A stretch of DNA of 36,153 bases from a virus (taxonomy: Duplodnaviria > Caudoviricetes): IMG/VR virus record IMGVR_UViG_3300032608_000364, positions 1-36,153 of that record. One strand, 5' to 3'. Below are positions 35,639 through 36,153 of the stretch, piece after piece (positions within the stretch are counted from its first letter, which is position 1; each line of letters starts with the position of its first letter). The position numbers and the translations under genes were made by a program. Below the pieces are notes generated by a model. That model was not told where the DNA came from, searched no databases, and saw nothing but the letters and a program-made list of their open reading frames with translations.

Positions 35639-35991
35639 AATAAGTTTTCCCTGCCTGAATGTTTGAAGCCATGACATCGTTTACATAGTGATTGTAAATT
35701 ATCTATTGCCATCGGATCACCGCCTTCCTCTGTGGGTACAATATGGTCCACGAGTTGAGTTTCTGTAATCAACCCCTCTGTCTGGCACATTTCACATAAT
35801 GGGTGCTGTCTTCTGTACCATGCCCTCAATTTCTTCCATCTTGCTGTACCATAGAACGGTATACTGGCCTTTTCCTGGCCATAATTCCTCTTTTGCTTAT
35901 TCAGGTGCTCGTGCTTCTCACAATAAGGGCCTTTTCGTGTAGTTAAAGGACAGCCAGGTGCGTTACAACTTTTGCCTGTACGATATGGCAT
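35632..35991 (-). CDS. Terminase-associated HNH endonuclease (HK97 gp74-like)
   Basis: FYGTARWKKLR...PLCEMC...VDHIVP...NLQSLCKRCH..KH. Confidence 0.9.
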   Translation of the reverse strand: MPYRTGKSCNAPGCPLTTRKGPYCEKHEHLNKQKRNYGQEKASIPFYGTARWKKLRAWYRRQHPLCEMCQTEGLITETQLVDHIVPTEEGGDPMAIDNLQSLCKRCHGFKHSGRENLLC

Positions 35992-36153
35992 TATCAATTT
36001 CCCCTTTCAACCTTAATTCCTTGAGCAATATCTTCTATCTTTCCTAACATGATAGAATTCCTGCCTGCAATTCTTATTTTCACATATTAGCTTGTGTAAT
36101 GTTCTATTTGACATACCCCCCCTATATACCCTTTTTTGGGGAAATCCCAGAAT

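Noticed and set aside
36013-36153. Possible cos-proximal G-rich sequence and a 33-aa Cys-motif ORF at the right edge
   Set aside because: Context is cut off by the window end; neither can be supported.

Overview
A 36 kb segment of an HK97-like tailed phage or prophage, almost entirely on the minus strand. Read right to left: packaging HNH, P-loop protein, HNH, terS, a ParB-N/ABC-ATPase/GNAT block, a plus-strand insert, terL, an accessory island, portal, prohead protease, major capsid, decoration and head-tail genes, then a glycosyl-/methyl-/acetyltransferase cluster. The main result is in the terL-portal island: three arrays of exactly six 36-nt units (TGCGAGCCA-N9-TGAAACCCA-N9) around a 298-aa Nop/IS110-like protein with no nuclease domain. 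This matches a TIGR-Tas (TasA-type) RNA-guided system, here with a zinc-ribbon insertion, an attenuator-like leader and a possible nearby self-target. Other notable elements are a 284-nt ORF-less group I intron in the major capsid gene next to a free-standing HNH gene bracketed by an 18-bp inverted repeat, a 62-nt tmRNA-like RNA with no mRNA-like domain, a tRNA-Leu-like RNA with an aberrant anticodon arm, a duplicated 96-bp promoter-hairpin-RBS cassette, and a frameshifted ABC-ATPase-GNAT gene. All protein family calls come from motifs recognised by eye; no database searches were run.
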